Assembly (NCBI RefSeq): GCF_947498175.1
Contig: NZ_CANMJB010000008.1
Span: 6,234 to 70,233, forward strand
Reading direction: 5' to 3'
Length of the DNA stretch: 64,000 nucleotides
Origin: an uncultured Algimonas sp.
GTDB lineage: Bacteria > Pseudomonadota > Alphaproteobacteria > Caulobacterales > Maricaulaceae
Part shown: positions 35,800-45,811 of the stretch, piece by piece
How the letters are laid out: each line of letters begins with the position of its first letter
Position numbering within the stretch: the first letter of the stretch is position 1
Notes under the pieces: model-generated
The model's input: the letters and a program-made list of their open reading frames with translations, nothing else
Told to the model about the DNA's origin: nothing
Databases searched by the model: none
Made by a program: the position numbers and the translations under genes

Positions 35800-36667
35800 C
35801 GGACAGTATCGCGCGCAGGCCTTCGCGATAGGTAGGATGGCGCGACTGCCAGCCCAGCCGCCATCGGGCGCGCGACGCGTCGACCCGCTTCGACTCGGCA
35901 TAGAAGCTCCGCGCCATGGCGGAGACGGAGGGATCGTGCAGGGCGACGGTCTGCGGCGGCGATACGCCGATAAGGTCGGCTGCGAAACGCAGCACCTCGC
36001 CCGGCGGGGCGGGATGGCCATCGGCGATGTTGTAGATGTCCTGCGGGCTAGGCCGCTCCATCGACGCCAGCAGCGCGCTCACGATGTCGTCCACGTGAAT
36101 GCGGTTCACCACATGGCCGGGCGCTTCGACGATGCGGGCCTCACCCGAGCGCAGGCGCGCGAAGGGCGCCCGGCCCGGCCCGTAGATTCCGGCCAGCCGA
36201 AAGATCTGCGTCTGCGGATACGCCTCCAGCCAGGCAAGCTCGGCGTCTGCGCGCCGGATGCCGCGGGACAGTCCCGGCGTCGGCGCTTCGCCCTCGAACG
36301 CCCATTGCCCCCGCCGGTCGCCGTAAACGCTCGTGGCCGACAGATAGCCGATCCAGCGCGCCCGGCTGGACACGCCGGCCAATGCGGCCAGCGACGGCTC
36401 CGCACCTTGGCGGCTCGGCGGCACGGAGACGAGGACGATGTCGGCCCGGGTGAAAGCGTCGCGCATCGCGTCCGACCCGAAAGTCAAGCCGCTCTCATCG
36501 CGCGACGTGTGCCGGAGGACGGCTCCGGCCTTTCGCAAATGCGGCTCCAGCGCGCGGGCGACATAGCCGCGGCCCAACAGGAGAACTTTGGTCCCGTCCA
36601 GCGCGATGGCCCGCTCATAGGCTCCAGGTAACTGCAATGTAACGCGCGGGCGCATTGTGTCCGCCAT
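35774..36667 (-). CDS. NAD(P)-dependent epimerase/dehydratase-like (SDR superfamily) protein
   Basis: 297 aa. Rossmann-like VLLLGRGYVARAL near the N-terminus. C-terminal region typical of atypical SDR/NmrA-like proteins (tentative). Confidence 0.75.
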   Translation of the reverse strand: MADTMRPRVTLQLPGAYERAIALDGTKVLLLGRGYVARALEPHLRKAGAVLRHTSRDESGLTFGSDAMRDAFTRADIVLVSVPPSRQGAEPSLAALAGVSSRARWIGYLSATSVYGDRRGQWAFEGEAPTPGLSRGIRRADAELAWLEAYPQTQIFRLAGIYGPGRAPFARLRSGEARIVEAPGHVVNRIHVDDIVSALLASMERPSPQDIYNIADGHPAPPGEVLRFAADLIGVSPPQTVALHDPSVSAMARSFYAESKRVDASRARWRLGWQSRHPTYREGLRAILSAMEDRTTR

Positions 36668-36693
36668 CTGCCTGACCTTATAGCGCGGCCCTC

Positions 36694-37377
36694 ATGACCC
36701 GACCCGCAACCTTCATCCTTTCCGTCGCCGCCGCGCTGTTGGCAAGCGCCCTGTCGGCCGAGGCGGCAGACCGCACGCAGGAACTGGACGCCAAGCACAA
36801 AGCCTGCCTGGAGCGTATCGCCGAGGATCAGGACCTGGCGTTCGAGGAAGCCATGATCTGGCGTGACCAAGGCGGTGGTCGCCGGGCGCGCCATTGCGAG
36901 GCCATGGCCCTGTTCGCGCTCGGCCATGAGAGCCAGGCCGCCTACCGGCTGGACACCCTCGCGGAAAGCCGGGACGGCGGATCGGCCGAGATGCGCGCCA
37001 ACTTCCGCTCCGAAGCCGCCAATTTCTGGCTGGCGGCGGGCGAAGCGGACCAAGCGCACGCTTCTGCGACGGCTGGGCTGGCGCATGAGGACGACCATGC
37101 GGCGCTGCGCATCACGCGGGCGCGCGCCAGTGTCATGCGCGGCGACATCCGTGCGGCCGAAACGGAGCTGAGCCATGTTGTTTCAGACGACCCGGACAAT
37201 GCCGAAGCCTTGCGCTACCGGGCCGATGTCCGGTTGCGACAAGACCGGCTTGCTGCGGCCCATCAGGATATCGAAGCCGCACTGATTGCCGATCCTGCAT
37301 CGGTCGAAACGGCATTGATGCGCGGCCGGATCGTCGAGGCGATCCGTCTGGCGAACGTGGCGCCGGCGGAGAGATAA
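36694..37377 (+). CDS. tetratricopeptide-repeat protein with signal peptide
   Basis: 227 aa. MTRPATFILSVAAALLASALSAEA signal peptide. Repeated A/L/E-rich 34-residue-like units ending ...NAEALRYRADVRLRQDRLAAAHQDIEAAL. Confidence 0.68.
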   Translation: MTRPATFILSVAAALLASALSAEAADRTQELDAKHKACLERIAEDQDLAFEEAMIWRDQGGGRRARHCEAMALFALGHESQAAYRLDTLAESRDGGSAEMRANFRSEAANFWLAAGEADQAHASATAGLAHEDDHAALRITRARASVMRGDIRAAETELSHVVSDDPDNAEALRYRADVRLRQDRLAAAHQDIEAALIADPASVETALMRGRIVEAIRLANVAPAER

Positions 37378-37524
37378 ACATATCGTGATCGTAATTCGAT
37401 CCATGATCCCGAAAGTGCGACACTCGATCAGGCTTTGAAATTTCATTGGTCTCGTCACGGAGACAGTGAGGGCAAAGTCGCAAGAGCAATACATGTCGGT
37501 ATCGACACAAGTGGAGTTTAGGAC

Positions 37525-38100
37525 ATGATATCATTACGAACACTGACGGCTTCCGCCATTCTGGCGTTGGCAGCTGCGGTCGTGGCTCCGTCCAATGCGA
37601 AAGCACAAACGATTGGCTTTACCATCGACGACATTCCCTTACGGGCCGGGCCGGGGGCGCGTTTCCCGACGATCGTCGTGCTGGCCGAAGACAACGATAT
37701 CGAGGTGCTGGGATGCGTGCGCCATTATACATGGTGCGACGTCAGCGCCGGGCGTTTCAGAGGCTGGGTGCCCAGCGACGATCTCGATATCGTCTACATG
37801 TCGGAACGCTATCACGGCCCGGTCTATGCCCGGCAATATGGCGTGCCGGTCATCAGCTTCGAGCTGAATACATATTGGGATGCCTACTACGACGATTACG
37901 ACTTCTACGACAGTCTCGATTACTGGGACGACTATGATTGGTGGGAGGACCGCACCTATTGGTACGACTGGGAATGGGATGATATGGACCTGGGTCCCGA
38001 CACGATCATCATCGACGGCGAGACCGGCGGCATTATCGAGGTCGAAGAGCCGGTCGATTGCCTGGTCGAACTGCCGGACGGAAGTCTCGAACCCTGCTAG
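37525..38100 (+). CDS. secreted SH3b-domain protein with a Tyr/Trp/Asp-rich low-complexity tail
   Basis: Signal peptide MISLRTLTASAILALAAAVVAPSNAKA. SH3b-like LRAGPGARFPTIVVLAEDNDIEVLGCVRHYTWCDVSAGRFRGWVPSDDL. Then YWDAYYDDYDFYDSLDYWDDYDWWEDRTYWYDWEWDDMD. Confidence 0.75.
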   Translation: MISLRTLTASAILALAAAVVAPSNAKAQTIGFTIDDIPLRAGPGARFPTIVVLAEDNDIEVLGCVRHYTWCDVSAGRFRGWVPSDDLDIVYMSERYHGPVYARQYGVPVISFELNTYWDAYYDDYDFYDSLDYWDDYDWWEDRTYWYDWEWDDMDLGPDTIIIDGETGGIIEVEEPVDCLVELPDGSLEPC

Positions 38101-38107
38101 GGACTGG

Positions 38108-38130
38108 GCCGACGGGAACGCCCCGTCGGC
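38108..38130. terminator. GC-rich hairpin between convergent genes (no clear U-tract)
   Basis: gccgacggg-aacgc-cccgtcggc (9-bp perfect stem) between the SH3 gene stop and the peptidase stop. Confidence 0.4.
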
Positions 38131-38142
38131 TGTGAACTGACG

Positions 38143-40512
38143 CTAACCGTTTTCCTCGGCGCCCAACGTGTCGAGGAAGAACTCGAGAATAGACCTGTCG
38201 CGGTGGATGCGCGCTTCGGTCGCGCGGAAGCCGTGTTTTTCGCCCGGATAGGCTTCGAGCGTCAGATTGTGACGGCCTAGCTTCTGCATCGCGTCCACCA
38301 GCTTCACCGTGTGGCGGAAGACGACATTGTCGTCCGCCATGCCGTGAATGACCAGCACCGGTTCGGTCAGCCCGTCGAGCCAGGTGAAGACGGACCCGCC
38401 CTCATAGGCGCCGGGCGTATGGTTCGGATGGTCGGGCCGCGGATCGCCCAGATAACGTTCCGTGTAGGCGGTGTCGTAAAGCGCCCAGTCCGTCACCGGC
38501 GCCCCGGCAACGCCCGATGCATACAGATCGGTCTGGCCCAGCATCATCAGCGCCATGTAGCCGCCATAGGACCAGCCATAGACGCCCATCCGGTCTGGAT
38601 CGATAAAGTCCCGGCCTTTGAGCCATTCCGCCCCGACCATCTGGTCCACGACTTCGGCCCGTCCCAATGCGCGGTGCAGCACATCCTCGAACGCTTTGCC
38701 GCGATTGGAACTGCCGCGGCCATCGACCAGAAAGACGACGAAGCCGTGATGGGCCAGCATGCGCGGCAAATGCTTGCGTTCCCAGCGGTTCAGCACGCGC
38801 TGTACGCCTGGGCCGCCATAGACGATCGTGACGGACGGTCGGCGTTCCCCCGCCCGAAGTCCGAGAGGCTTGTAGACTTGATAGTGCAGCGTAGAGCCAT
38901 CTTCAGCGCTCAGCGTGCCGTATTCCGGCTCGATATGCGCGTCACGGTAGCGCGCGTAAGGATGCGTGTCGTCCAGCAGATTGCGCGACAGCCAGGTCAG
39001 CGGCGTGCCGTCCGCCTCGAACGCGCGGACCTGGGGCGGGACGTTGTCGTTGCTGAAGGTTTCCAGATAGCGCGTGCAGTCGGCGTTGAACGCCGCGCGG
39101 TGCTGGCCTTCGCCCTTGTCGATCTGTGTCGCGACGAAGCGTTCGGTCGTGCTGTCCGCCCCCTCGTCGTTCCCAGAATCCACGCGGAAGATGTGGGTGG
39201 AGACCGGGCTGTCGCGCCAGCCGGTCACGAACAGCGTGCCGTCGGCCGTTTCGCACAACACATCTTCGATCAGCAGGCCGCTCGGCGTCAACGGCCGCGG
39301 ACCGTCCGCCGTGATCTCGTAGTACCGCCTTGTGCCGTCGCGTTCGCTGATCAAGTGCAGGCCGTTCTCGACAGCCTTGAACTCCGAGCGAATGTTCAGC
39401 CATGTCTCGCTGGTCTCCTCGTAGAATACGTCCGATCCGCCATCTGACAGATCGATGCGGTAGATCGTGTGCGTCTGGTTGTCCCGGCTGAGCACGCCGG
39501 CATAAAGCGAGCGGCCGTCCGGCGCCCAAGCGACGCGGGTCAGGTAGATGTCAGCGTCGTCGCCCAGGTCGAGCCATCGGGTTTCCCCGCCGGATGTATT
39601 CACAACGCCCAGCCGCACCGTCGCATTGTCCGTTCCGGCAAACGGATAGCGTTGGTCGATGGTCGTGATCCCGTCGGGTCCGATGTTGGCGCGGGTTTCG
39701 ATCGCGATCGGGCTCTCGTCGATCTGCGTGTAGGCGATGCGCGTCGCGTCGGGCGAAATCCAGTAGCCCGTGTCGCGGTCCAGTTCCTCCTGCACCACGA
39801 AGCTGGCCGTGGCATTGCGGACCGTGTCGGTCGCCGTGTCCGTCAGTTGGCGCTCCAGTCCGGTTTCCAATTCCTTAACGTAGAGTTCGTCCTCGCGCAC
39901 ATAGGCGACGAGCGCGCCGTCGCGCGAGACTTTCGGGTCCGTCTCGAAGGCGGGCGTAGCCGTGACCTGGCGCGCCTCTTCTGTATCCAGATCATAGAGA
40001 TAGATGTCCCCGCCCAGCGGGAACATCAGCAGGTCCTGGCCGACCCAGCTGTAATCGACGATGCCGCTGGCGTAGAGGCGCTGGCGTTCACGGCGATTCT
40101 TTTCCTCTTCGGACAGTTCTTCCGGCGCCCCGAGCAGGTCGGTGGAACTGACGAGCAGACGTCCTTCACCGGTTTCGATGTCGTAGGCCCAGAGGTCCTG
40201 CTGGTCCGCATCGTCCTCGCGGCCTTTCAAGAGGGTGACGAACGTGCCGTCGGGGGCGATGCGGGCACGCGCCAAGGACGGGCCGTCGATAGACGGCTCG
40301 GCATGGATGCGTTCGGGCGTCAGCCGACCCGGTCCCGGATCGTCCATCAGGTAGCTGCGCCGCTGCGTACGGGGTGTCAGCGCGTCGGAGGCCGCTTGCT
40401 GCAGGGCCGGAACGGTTTCCTTCGTCTCGTCGTTCCGGTCCACCGGATCGCCGCCATAGTTGCAGGCGGCCAAGGAGCCGAGCAGGAGCGGAAAAAGTAG
40501 ACGGTGGCGCAT
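38143..40512 (-). CDS. S9-family dipeptidyl-peptidase IV-like serine peptidase, lipoprotein
   Basis: Preferred start is ATG 40512 (MRHRLLFPLLLGSLAAC lipobox). Beta-propeller-like N-terminal region. Catalytic GWSYGGY, then ...HGMADDNV... and ...GEKHGF. Confidence 0.9.
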   Translation of the reverse strand: MRHRLLFPLLLGSLAACNYGGDPVDRNDETKETVPALQQAASDALTPRTQRRSYLMDDPGPGRLTPERIHAEPSIDGPSLARARIAPDGTFVTLLKGREDDADQQDLWAYDIETGEGRLLVSSTDLLGAPEELSEEEKNRRERQRLYASGIVDYSWVGQDLLMFPLGGDIYLYDLDTEEARQVTATPAFETDPKVSRDGALVAYVREDELYVKELETGLERQLTDTATDTVRNATASFVVQEELDRDTGYWISPDATRIAYTQIDESPIAIETRANIGPDGITTIDQRYPFAGTDNATVRLGVVNTSGGETRWLDLGDDADIYLTRVAWAPDGRSLYAGVLSRDNQTHTIYRIDLSDGGSDVFYEETSETWLNIRSEFKAVENGLHLISERDGTRRYYEITADGPRPLTPSGLLIEDVLCETADGTLFVTGWRDSPVSTHIFRVDSGNDEGADSTTERFVATQIDKGEGQHRAAFNADCTRYLETFSNDNVPPQVRAFEADGTPLTWLSRNLLDDTHPYARYRDAHIEPEYGTLSAEDGSTLHYQVYKPLGLRAGERRPSVTIVYGGPGVQRVLNRWERKHLPRMLAHHGFVVFLVDGRGSSNRGKAFEDVLHRALGRAEVVDQMVGAEWLKGRDFIDPDRMGVYGWSYGGYMALMMLGQTDLYASGVAGAPVTDWALYDTAYTERYLGDPRPDHPNHTPGAYEGGSVFTWLDGLTEPVLVIHGMADDNVVFRHTVKLVDAMQKLGRHNLTLEAYPGEKHGFRATEARIHRDRSILEFFLDTLGAEENG

Positions 40513-40666
40513 GCCGGACTCCGTGGAGGGTGATCGTCCCTTGCGCTTACGCGCGGCCCGGTTTCCACGCAATAGATACCGGGTTTCGGAGAGGGACCTC
40601 CCCAAGCCCGCCATAAGCGCCATGCCCGGCCTTGCCACGCCCTGCCGCGCACCCGATAAGCCCGCC

Positions 40667-42130
40667 ATGGCGGATCTGCGTTCCGTATTCTTCGTGATCG
40701 GACTCATGGCCCTCGCCATGGGGCTGCTCATGTTCGTCCCCATGGCGGTCGACCTGCTCTATGAAGACCGGTCCTGGCAGGCTTTCGCCATTTCGGGATT
40801 GGTCGTTACGCTGATCGGCGGAGCGCTGGCGACGGCTACCTACAATCCGGTGCCAGACATCCGGGCGCGCGGCGCTTTCGTCCTGACCGTCTTTTCCTGG
40901 ATCGTACTGGCCGTGCTGGCCGCGCTGCCCTTCATGCTGGACCCGGTGCGGCTCAGCCTGACGGATGCCTTTTTCGAAGCGACCTCCGGCATCACCACGA
41001 CCGGGTCGACGGTAATGACCGGGATCGACGACATGCCCAAGGGCATCCTGTTGTGGCGGGCGATGCTGCAGTGGATAGGCGGGATCGGCATCATCGTCAC
41101 CGCCATGGCGATCCTGCCCATGCTGGGCGTCGGCGGAATGCAGCTGTTCCGGCTGGAAAGCTCCGATGTGGGCGAGAAGATCCTGCCGCGCGCACGGAGC
41201 ATTGCCTTGACCATTGCAGGCATTTATCTGGGGCTGACCCTGTCATGCGCGACCGCCTACACCTGGACGGGGATGAGCGTGTTCGATGCGGTCGCTCACG
41301 CCATGACGACGATCGCGACGGGCGGCTATTCCACCTCGGACGCGTCCATGGGCGGCTTCATGGATGACGGCGCCGACATCGTCGGCATGGTCTTCATGTT
41401 GCTGGGGGCGCTACCATTCGGGGTCTACATGCTGATGGTGCGCCGCGGGCAGCTGGATGCGCCAGCCCGCGATCCGCAAGTCCGGGCGTTTTTGAGCGTC
41501 GTCGTGATGCTCAGCCTTCTGGTCTGCGTCGCCTTGGTCACATCGGGCGCGCAGGACAGCGAACTGGGCCTGCTGCATTCGCTGCGCCTGTCCGCCTTCA
41601 ATACGATTTCCATCATTACCGGGACCGGATACGCCACGGCGGACTACATGAATTGGGGGGCGATGGCGGTCGGTGCCTTCTTCTTCTACATGTTCATCGG
41701 AGGCTGTGCCGGGTCCACGGCCTGTTCGATCAAGATTTTCCGCTACCAAGTCGCGCTGGAAGCGTTGCGGGCCTATCTGTTCCGCATGCCGAGGCCGCAC
41801 GCCATTGCGCCGATGCGTTACAATGGCCGGCCGCTGCCCGATGCCGTCGTCTATTCGGTATTGGGCTATTTCTTCCTGTTCTTCGTCACCGTCGCCGTCA
41901 TCGCTTCCATTCTGGGCGCAATCGGGCTGGACCCGGTTACGGCCTGGTCCGGCGCGGGCAGCGCCGTAGCCAATGTCGGGCCGGGGCTGGGCGACATCAT
42001 CGGGCCCAGCGGCACCTATCAGGATCTGCCGAAACTGGCGAAATGGGCTCTGATGACGGGCATGGTGGTCGGACGTTTGGAAATCGTCACCGCCCTGGTC
42101 GTGCTGACGCCCGGGTTCTGGCGCGCATAG
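40667..42130 (+). CDS. trkH: TrkH-family potassium uptake protein
   Basis: Preferred start is ATG 40667 (MADLRSVFFVIGLMALAMGL...). Repeated pore-loop motifs (SGITTTGST, ATGGYST, ITGTGYAT). 487 aa. Confidence 0.92.
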   Translation: MADLRSVFFVIGLMALAMGLLMFVPMAVDLLYEDRSWQAFAISGLVVTLIGGALATATYNPVPDIRARGAFVLTVFSWIVLAVLAALPFMLDPVRLSLTDAFFEATSGITTTGSTVMTGIDDMPKGILLWRAMLQWIGGIGIIVTAMAILPMLGVGGMQLFRLESSDVGEKILPRARSIALTIAGIYLGLTLSCATAYTWTGMSVFDAVAHAMTTIATGGYSTSDASMGGFMDDGADIVGMVFMLLGALPFGVYMLMVRRGQLDAPARDPQVRAFLSVVVMLSLLVCVALVTSGAQDSELGLLHSLRLSAFNTISIITGTGYATADYMNWGAMAVGAFFFYMFIGGCAGSTACSIKIFRYQVALEALRAYLFRMPRPHAIAPMRYNGRPLPDAVVYSVLGYFFLFFVTVAVIASILGAIGLDPVTAWSGAGSAVANVGPGLGDIIGPSGTYQDLPKLAKWALMTGMVVGRLEIVTALVVLTPGFWRA

Positions 42131-42138
42131 CGTAGCCC

Positions 42139-42158
42139 CCGCGCGTCCGAACGCGCGG
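42139..42158. terminator. short hairpin between convergent trkH and hslO (no U-tract)
   Basis: ccgcgcg-tccgaa-cgcgcgg, a 7-bp stem. Confidence 0.3.
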
Positions 42159-42171
42159 ATGAGTCCAATGG

Positions 42172-43089
42172 TCAGGCCTGCTCCATCCCTCCGACCGGAA
42201 ACACATATTCCACATCGCAGAACTCGCACCGGGCGCGGATCATGCCGTCATCGTCAGCCATGTCGGCGCGGGCAGCGGCGTCGAAGCTCTTCAATGTGTT
42301 CGCCAGCCGATCGCGCGAGCAGCGGCATTCGGCGTGAACATCCAGCCGGTCAAGCACCCGGACGCCGTCTTCATTGAACAGGCGGTAGAGCAGGCTGTCC
42401 GTCGGCAGGTCCGGATCGATCAATTCCGCATCGTCCACTGTCGCCATGAGGGCCTTGGCCGTGTCGAACACGCTGTCCGTTTCGCCGCGTGCCGCATCTT
42501 CGGCGACACGTTGGATCATGAGGCCGCCGCCGGTCCATTGGCTGCCACCGGGCCCGACATCCTGACCCACAGCCAGGCGCATCATGGTCGGAATCTGGTC
42601 GCTTTGTTCGAAGAAATGCTCGGCGCAATCAGACAGGCGCTGGCCTTCGATGGCGGCCAGACCCTGGTACAGATCCGTATCTGGACCTTGGTCGATGGTC
42701 ATGGAAAAGGTGCCGCCGCCCAATAACGTGTTCGCGCCCGGACTGCGATTGTCCAAAGTGACGGATTTCAATGCCTTTTCGTCATATCGGGCGTAGCCCC
42801 GAATATGCCCGTCCGTGGTGCAGTCGGCCATCAGCAGGCTGACCGCGCCCTCATTCGTGCCGTGGCACTGGACGACGAGCCGTCCGTCGAACTTGAGCGA
42901 GCGCGCCACCAGCGCACCGACGATCATCGCTTCGCCAAGCAGGCGGGCGACTGGCTCGGGATAGCGGTCGGCCAGTGCCGTCTGCAAAGCCGACGGCAGG
43001 CGCACGGCGCGGCCTCTGACGGGCGCGAGCGTGTCGTCTGTCCCACCGACCGTGAAGACGGTGAGTTGGTTTTTCATGATGTCTTGCAT
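42172..43089 (-). CDS. hslO: Hsp33-family redox-regulated chaperone
   Basis: 305 aa. C-terminal zinc centre CRCS ... CEFC. N-terminal region typical of Hsp33. Confidence 0.92.
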   Translation of the reverse strand: MQDIMKNQLTVFTVGGTDDTLAPVRGRAVRLPSALQTALADRYPEPVARLLGEAMIVGALVARSLKFDGRLVVQCHGTNEGAVSLLMADCTTDGHIRGYARYDEKALKSVTLDNRSPGANTLLGGGTFSMTIDQGPDTDLYQGLAAIEGQRLSDCAEHFFEQSDQIPTMMRLAVGQDVGPGGSQWTGGGLMIQRVAEDAARGETDSVFDTAKALMATVDDAELIDPDLPTDSLLYRLFNEDGVRVLDRLDVHAECRCSRDRLANTLKSFDAAARADMADDDGMIRARCEFCDVEYVFPVGGMEQA

Positions 43090-43144
43090 GGCGCGGATGT
43101 GGGAAGGGATGCAGGGATTTCAACCCGTATCGCACCCCATGCTT

Positions 43145-43915
43145 TCAGGCATCCGCACCGACGGCATGCAGCTCTCCGCCGTGGCGGCCGAGCCACCGTT
43201 TGGCCATCGGGGTGTCCGGAAAGAGCCGTTCGCAAACGGCCCAGAAGGCCGGGCTGTGATTGGGCTCGACCAGATGGGCGCATTCATGGGCGCAGACATA
43301 CTCCAAAATGTCCGGCGGGGCGCAGATCAGTCGCCAGCTATAGGAGATCTGACCTTCGCCGCGCCGCGTGATGGCGCTGCCCCAGCGGGAGGACTGGTCG
43401 CGTACGCTGACTTTGCCAACACGCTTGCCAAGCTGCGCGGCGTAATGGTGGGTGGCAGCCTCCAGCTCGGCGCGCGCCTCGCGGATCAGCAGGCGCCGCA
43501 CCCGGCCGGGAAAGCTTTCCCGATCGGGGGAGGGGACGGTGATTCTCCGCCCGGAGCGGTCCACTTTGGCGCGGCCCTTTCCGGGCGGATTGACAAGCTG
43601 GAACCGGTCTCCCTGAAATAGGATGTTCCCGCCGGGCACAAACGGCATGGGCGCGGGCAAGCCTTCCAATTGGACATCGATCCAATCGCGTTGCTCCCGC
43701 GCGAAGCGCTGCGCCTGTGCGAAACTGCGCAGACCCGGCACGACGACATGGACTTGCCGGTCGGCAGGCTTGACCTTCAACGAGACGCGCCGCGCCCGGT
43801 CCGACAGGACGTAGAGCACGCGTGGGTCGGCTGAGTCGATCAACGGGAATTGCGTCTTGTCAGGCAGGGCATGGCCGCTAGACATGTGGCTCAACTTCGA
43901 CAGGACTTCCGACAT
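43145..43915 (-). CDS. YgjP-like (DUF45/M48-related) metal-dependent hydrolase
   Basis: HECAHLVEPNHSPAFW (HExxH) near the C-terminus, and ...RRVSLKVKP... near the N-terminus. Start is uncertain: ATG 43915 or ATG 43885. The track start at 44149 is over-extended. Confidence 0.8.
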   Translation of the reverse strand: MSEVLSKLSHMSSGHALPDKTQFPLIDSADPRVLYVLSDRARRVSLKVKPADRQVHVVVPGLRSFAQAQRFAREQRDWIDVQLEGLPAPMPFVPGGNILFQGDRFQLVNPPGKGRAKVDRSGRRITVPSPDRESFPGRVRRLLIREARAELEAATHHYAAQLGKRVGKVSVRDQSSRWGSAITRRGEGQISYSWRLICAPPDILEYVCAHECAHLVEPNHSPAFWAVCERLFPDTPMAKRWLGRHGGELHAVGADA

Positions 43916-45674
43916 GTTCGCTTCCCCGCTGAGCTTGCAGCGCACCCTTCTTGCCGGACTATGCGCGTCCGCCCTCGTGATGGGGTCTTGCCGGGGCGGG
44001 GACAAGCCCGCGGCTGAGGAAATCACGGTCGATGCGGCGACGCTGGAATTGACCAAGGCGGACGAGGGCGCTCTGTCCCGCCATTTCGAGGTCGAGGCCC
44101 GTGACGGAACCGAATCCGAAACGCTGGCCTTGCTGGACGCGCTCGGCATGGACGGGGCAAGCTATGGCGAGCGCGCGATCGACGGCTCCACGGTTGTCTA
44201 TACGGACTGGACCGCATCCAGCGGCAATGCCGCCATTCAGGCGGACCGCGTCGAGATGATCGGCCTGCATGAAACGGATGACGGGGCCACGCTCGACAAG
44301 CTGGTTGTCCTCGATATGGGTCTCAAGGCTTACGAAGAGGATGAGAGCGAGGCCCGCGTCGAAGTCGTGGACGCCGCGGTCGCCAATCTGACCGTGGTGC
44401 AACCGACCGCGGACCTCATGGCTGACCTGACCGATGTTCTGATGGCGCGCGACACAGCGGCCGAAAAGGCTACTGATACGGTCGAAGACATCGCCGATAC
44501 GGGCGAGTTCCGTGCGATCCGCTTGGCCGACATGACGGCCACCGTGCGGGAGGACGAGCAAACCGGCACATTCGCGATCGAGCAGATCGTGGTCGGCAAC
44601 GATGCCGACATGGCCATCATGGATGTCGTGTTGGAGACTCTGAACTTCGAATGGGCGGCTGATGACGACTCCGCTTCTGACACCGACGCCGCGACTGTAG
44701 CCAAACCCTTCAAGCTGGAAATGGACGGGCTGACCGCAATGGGACTGGATACGACCCAGATGGACCCAGGAAACATGCCGGGGGCCGGATTGGGTGCCAG
44801 TTTCATGAACGGCTTCATGTCGGGTCTCTCGCCGAGAGGGACGCCGCCCTTCCGGCAGATCGACTTGGGACGCGTGGCGTTGGAGTCCGGCACGTTCGAC
44901 TTGATCACGGACGGTTTCGAAGCGGATACGACCGTGGACGGCGGGGTCACGACGCTTCGCTCCGTGATGGAACCGATGATTGTGACCTTCAAGGACATGA
45001 CCGACACACCCGTTGCGCCCTACATGGATGTGCTGCGCGAGAACGGGTTGGCGGAGATTTCCATGAAGGGGTCCGGAACGACGATCTTCGATCCGGCCGA
45101 AGACCGCGTGCGCTATGAAGACGGCCTTTTCGACATCGATGACGGGCTGAGAATGCGCTGTGACTATTCGGTTCTCGGAACGAATGCGGCCGCCGCGTCC
45201 ATGAAGGCCAGCGGTGTGACCATGCCCGTTTTCGATTTCTCGGACGACGGCGATAGCGAGGCTGAAATGGAGCGCTACATGGCCGAGATGGAACGCTACA
45301 ATGCGGCCCAGGCCGAGGCGAACAAGCTGATCCGGATCGAGAGCCTCGATTGCGATATCCAAGACGTGCCTGGCAACAGCTTGGTCGAGCGCGGCTACAA
45401 AGTCGCTTCCGCGATCACTGGCCGCCCGGTCCCCGTCCTGAAGGGCAGTGCCAAGACGATGATCGCGCTCGGTTCGCTGACCGCACCGTCGGCCTTCCAG
45501 CGCGACCTGATGGACACGGTCGGATCCGGTCTGATCGATTTCATCGACACGCCCGGACAGACCATGACGATCACGATGGCGCCCGAAGAGCCCGTGTCCA
45601 TAACGTCGCTGACGGGTCAGGACGGCAGCGAACCGACGATCGAACCGCTCAATTTAAGTGTCGAAGTCCAATAA
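43914..45674 (+). CDS. large acidic hypothetical lipoprotein
   Basis: ATG 43914 gives MFASPLSLQRTLLAGLCASALVMGSC (lipobox). 586 aa, D/E/T-rich. No motif recognised. Confidence 0.62.
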   Translation: MFASPLSLQRTLLAGLCASALVMGSCRGGDKPAAEEITVDAATLELTKADEGALSRHFEVEARDGTESETLALLDALGMDGASYGERAIDGSTVVYTDWTASSGNAAIQADRVEMIGLHETDDGATLDKLVVLDMGLKAYEEDESEARVEVVDAAVANLTVVQPTADLMADLTDVLMARDTAAEKATDTVEDIADTGEFRAIRLADMTATVREDEQTGTFAIEQIVVGNDADMAIMDVVLETLNFEWAADDDSASDTDAATVAKPFKLEMDGLTAMGLDTTQMDPGNMPGAGLGASFMNGFMSGLSPRGTPPFRQIDLGRVALESGTFDLITDGFEADTTVDGGVTTLRSVMEPMIVTFKDMTDTPVAPYMDVLRENGLAEISMKGSGTTIFDPAEDRVRYEDGLFDIDDGLRMRCDYSVLGTNAAAASMKASGVTMPVFDFSDDGDSEAEMERYMAEMERYNAAQAEANKLIRIESLDCDIQDVPGNSLVERGYKVASAITGRPVPVLKGSAKTMIALGSLTAPSAFQRDLMDTVGSGLIDFIDTPGQTMTITMAPEEPVSITSLTGQDGSEPTIEPLNLSVEVQ

Positions 45675-45811
45675 GGAACGGGCTTCGATCGTCTCGTAGA
45701 TCGGTTCGCGCCATGCATCCGCGCATCCGGCTGTGCCGGAATGTCGCTTGAAACCGACGGGCGCCTTCCGCATATGATCGGCAACTTCACCTTCCACGTC
45801 ATGGAGATCTC

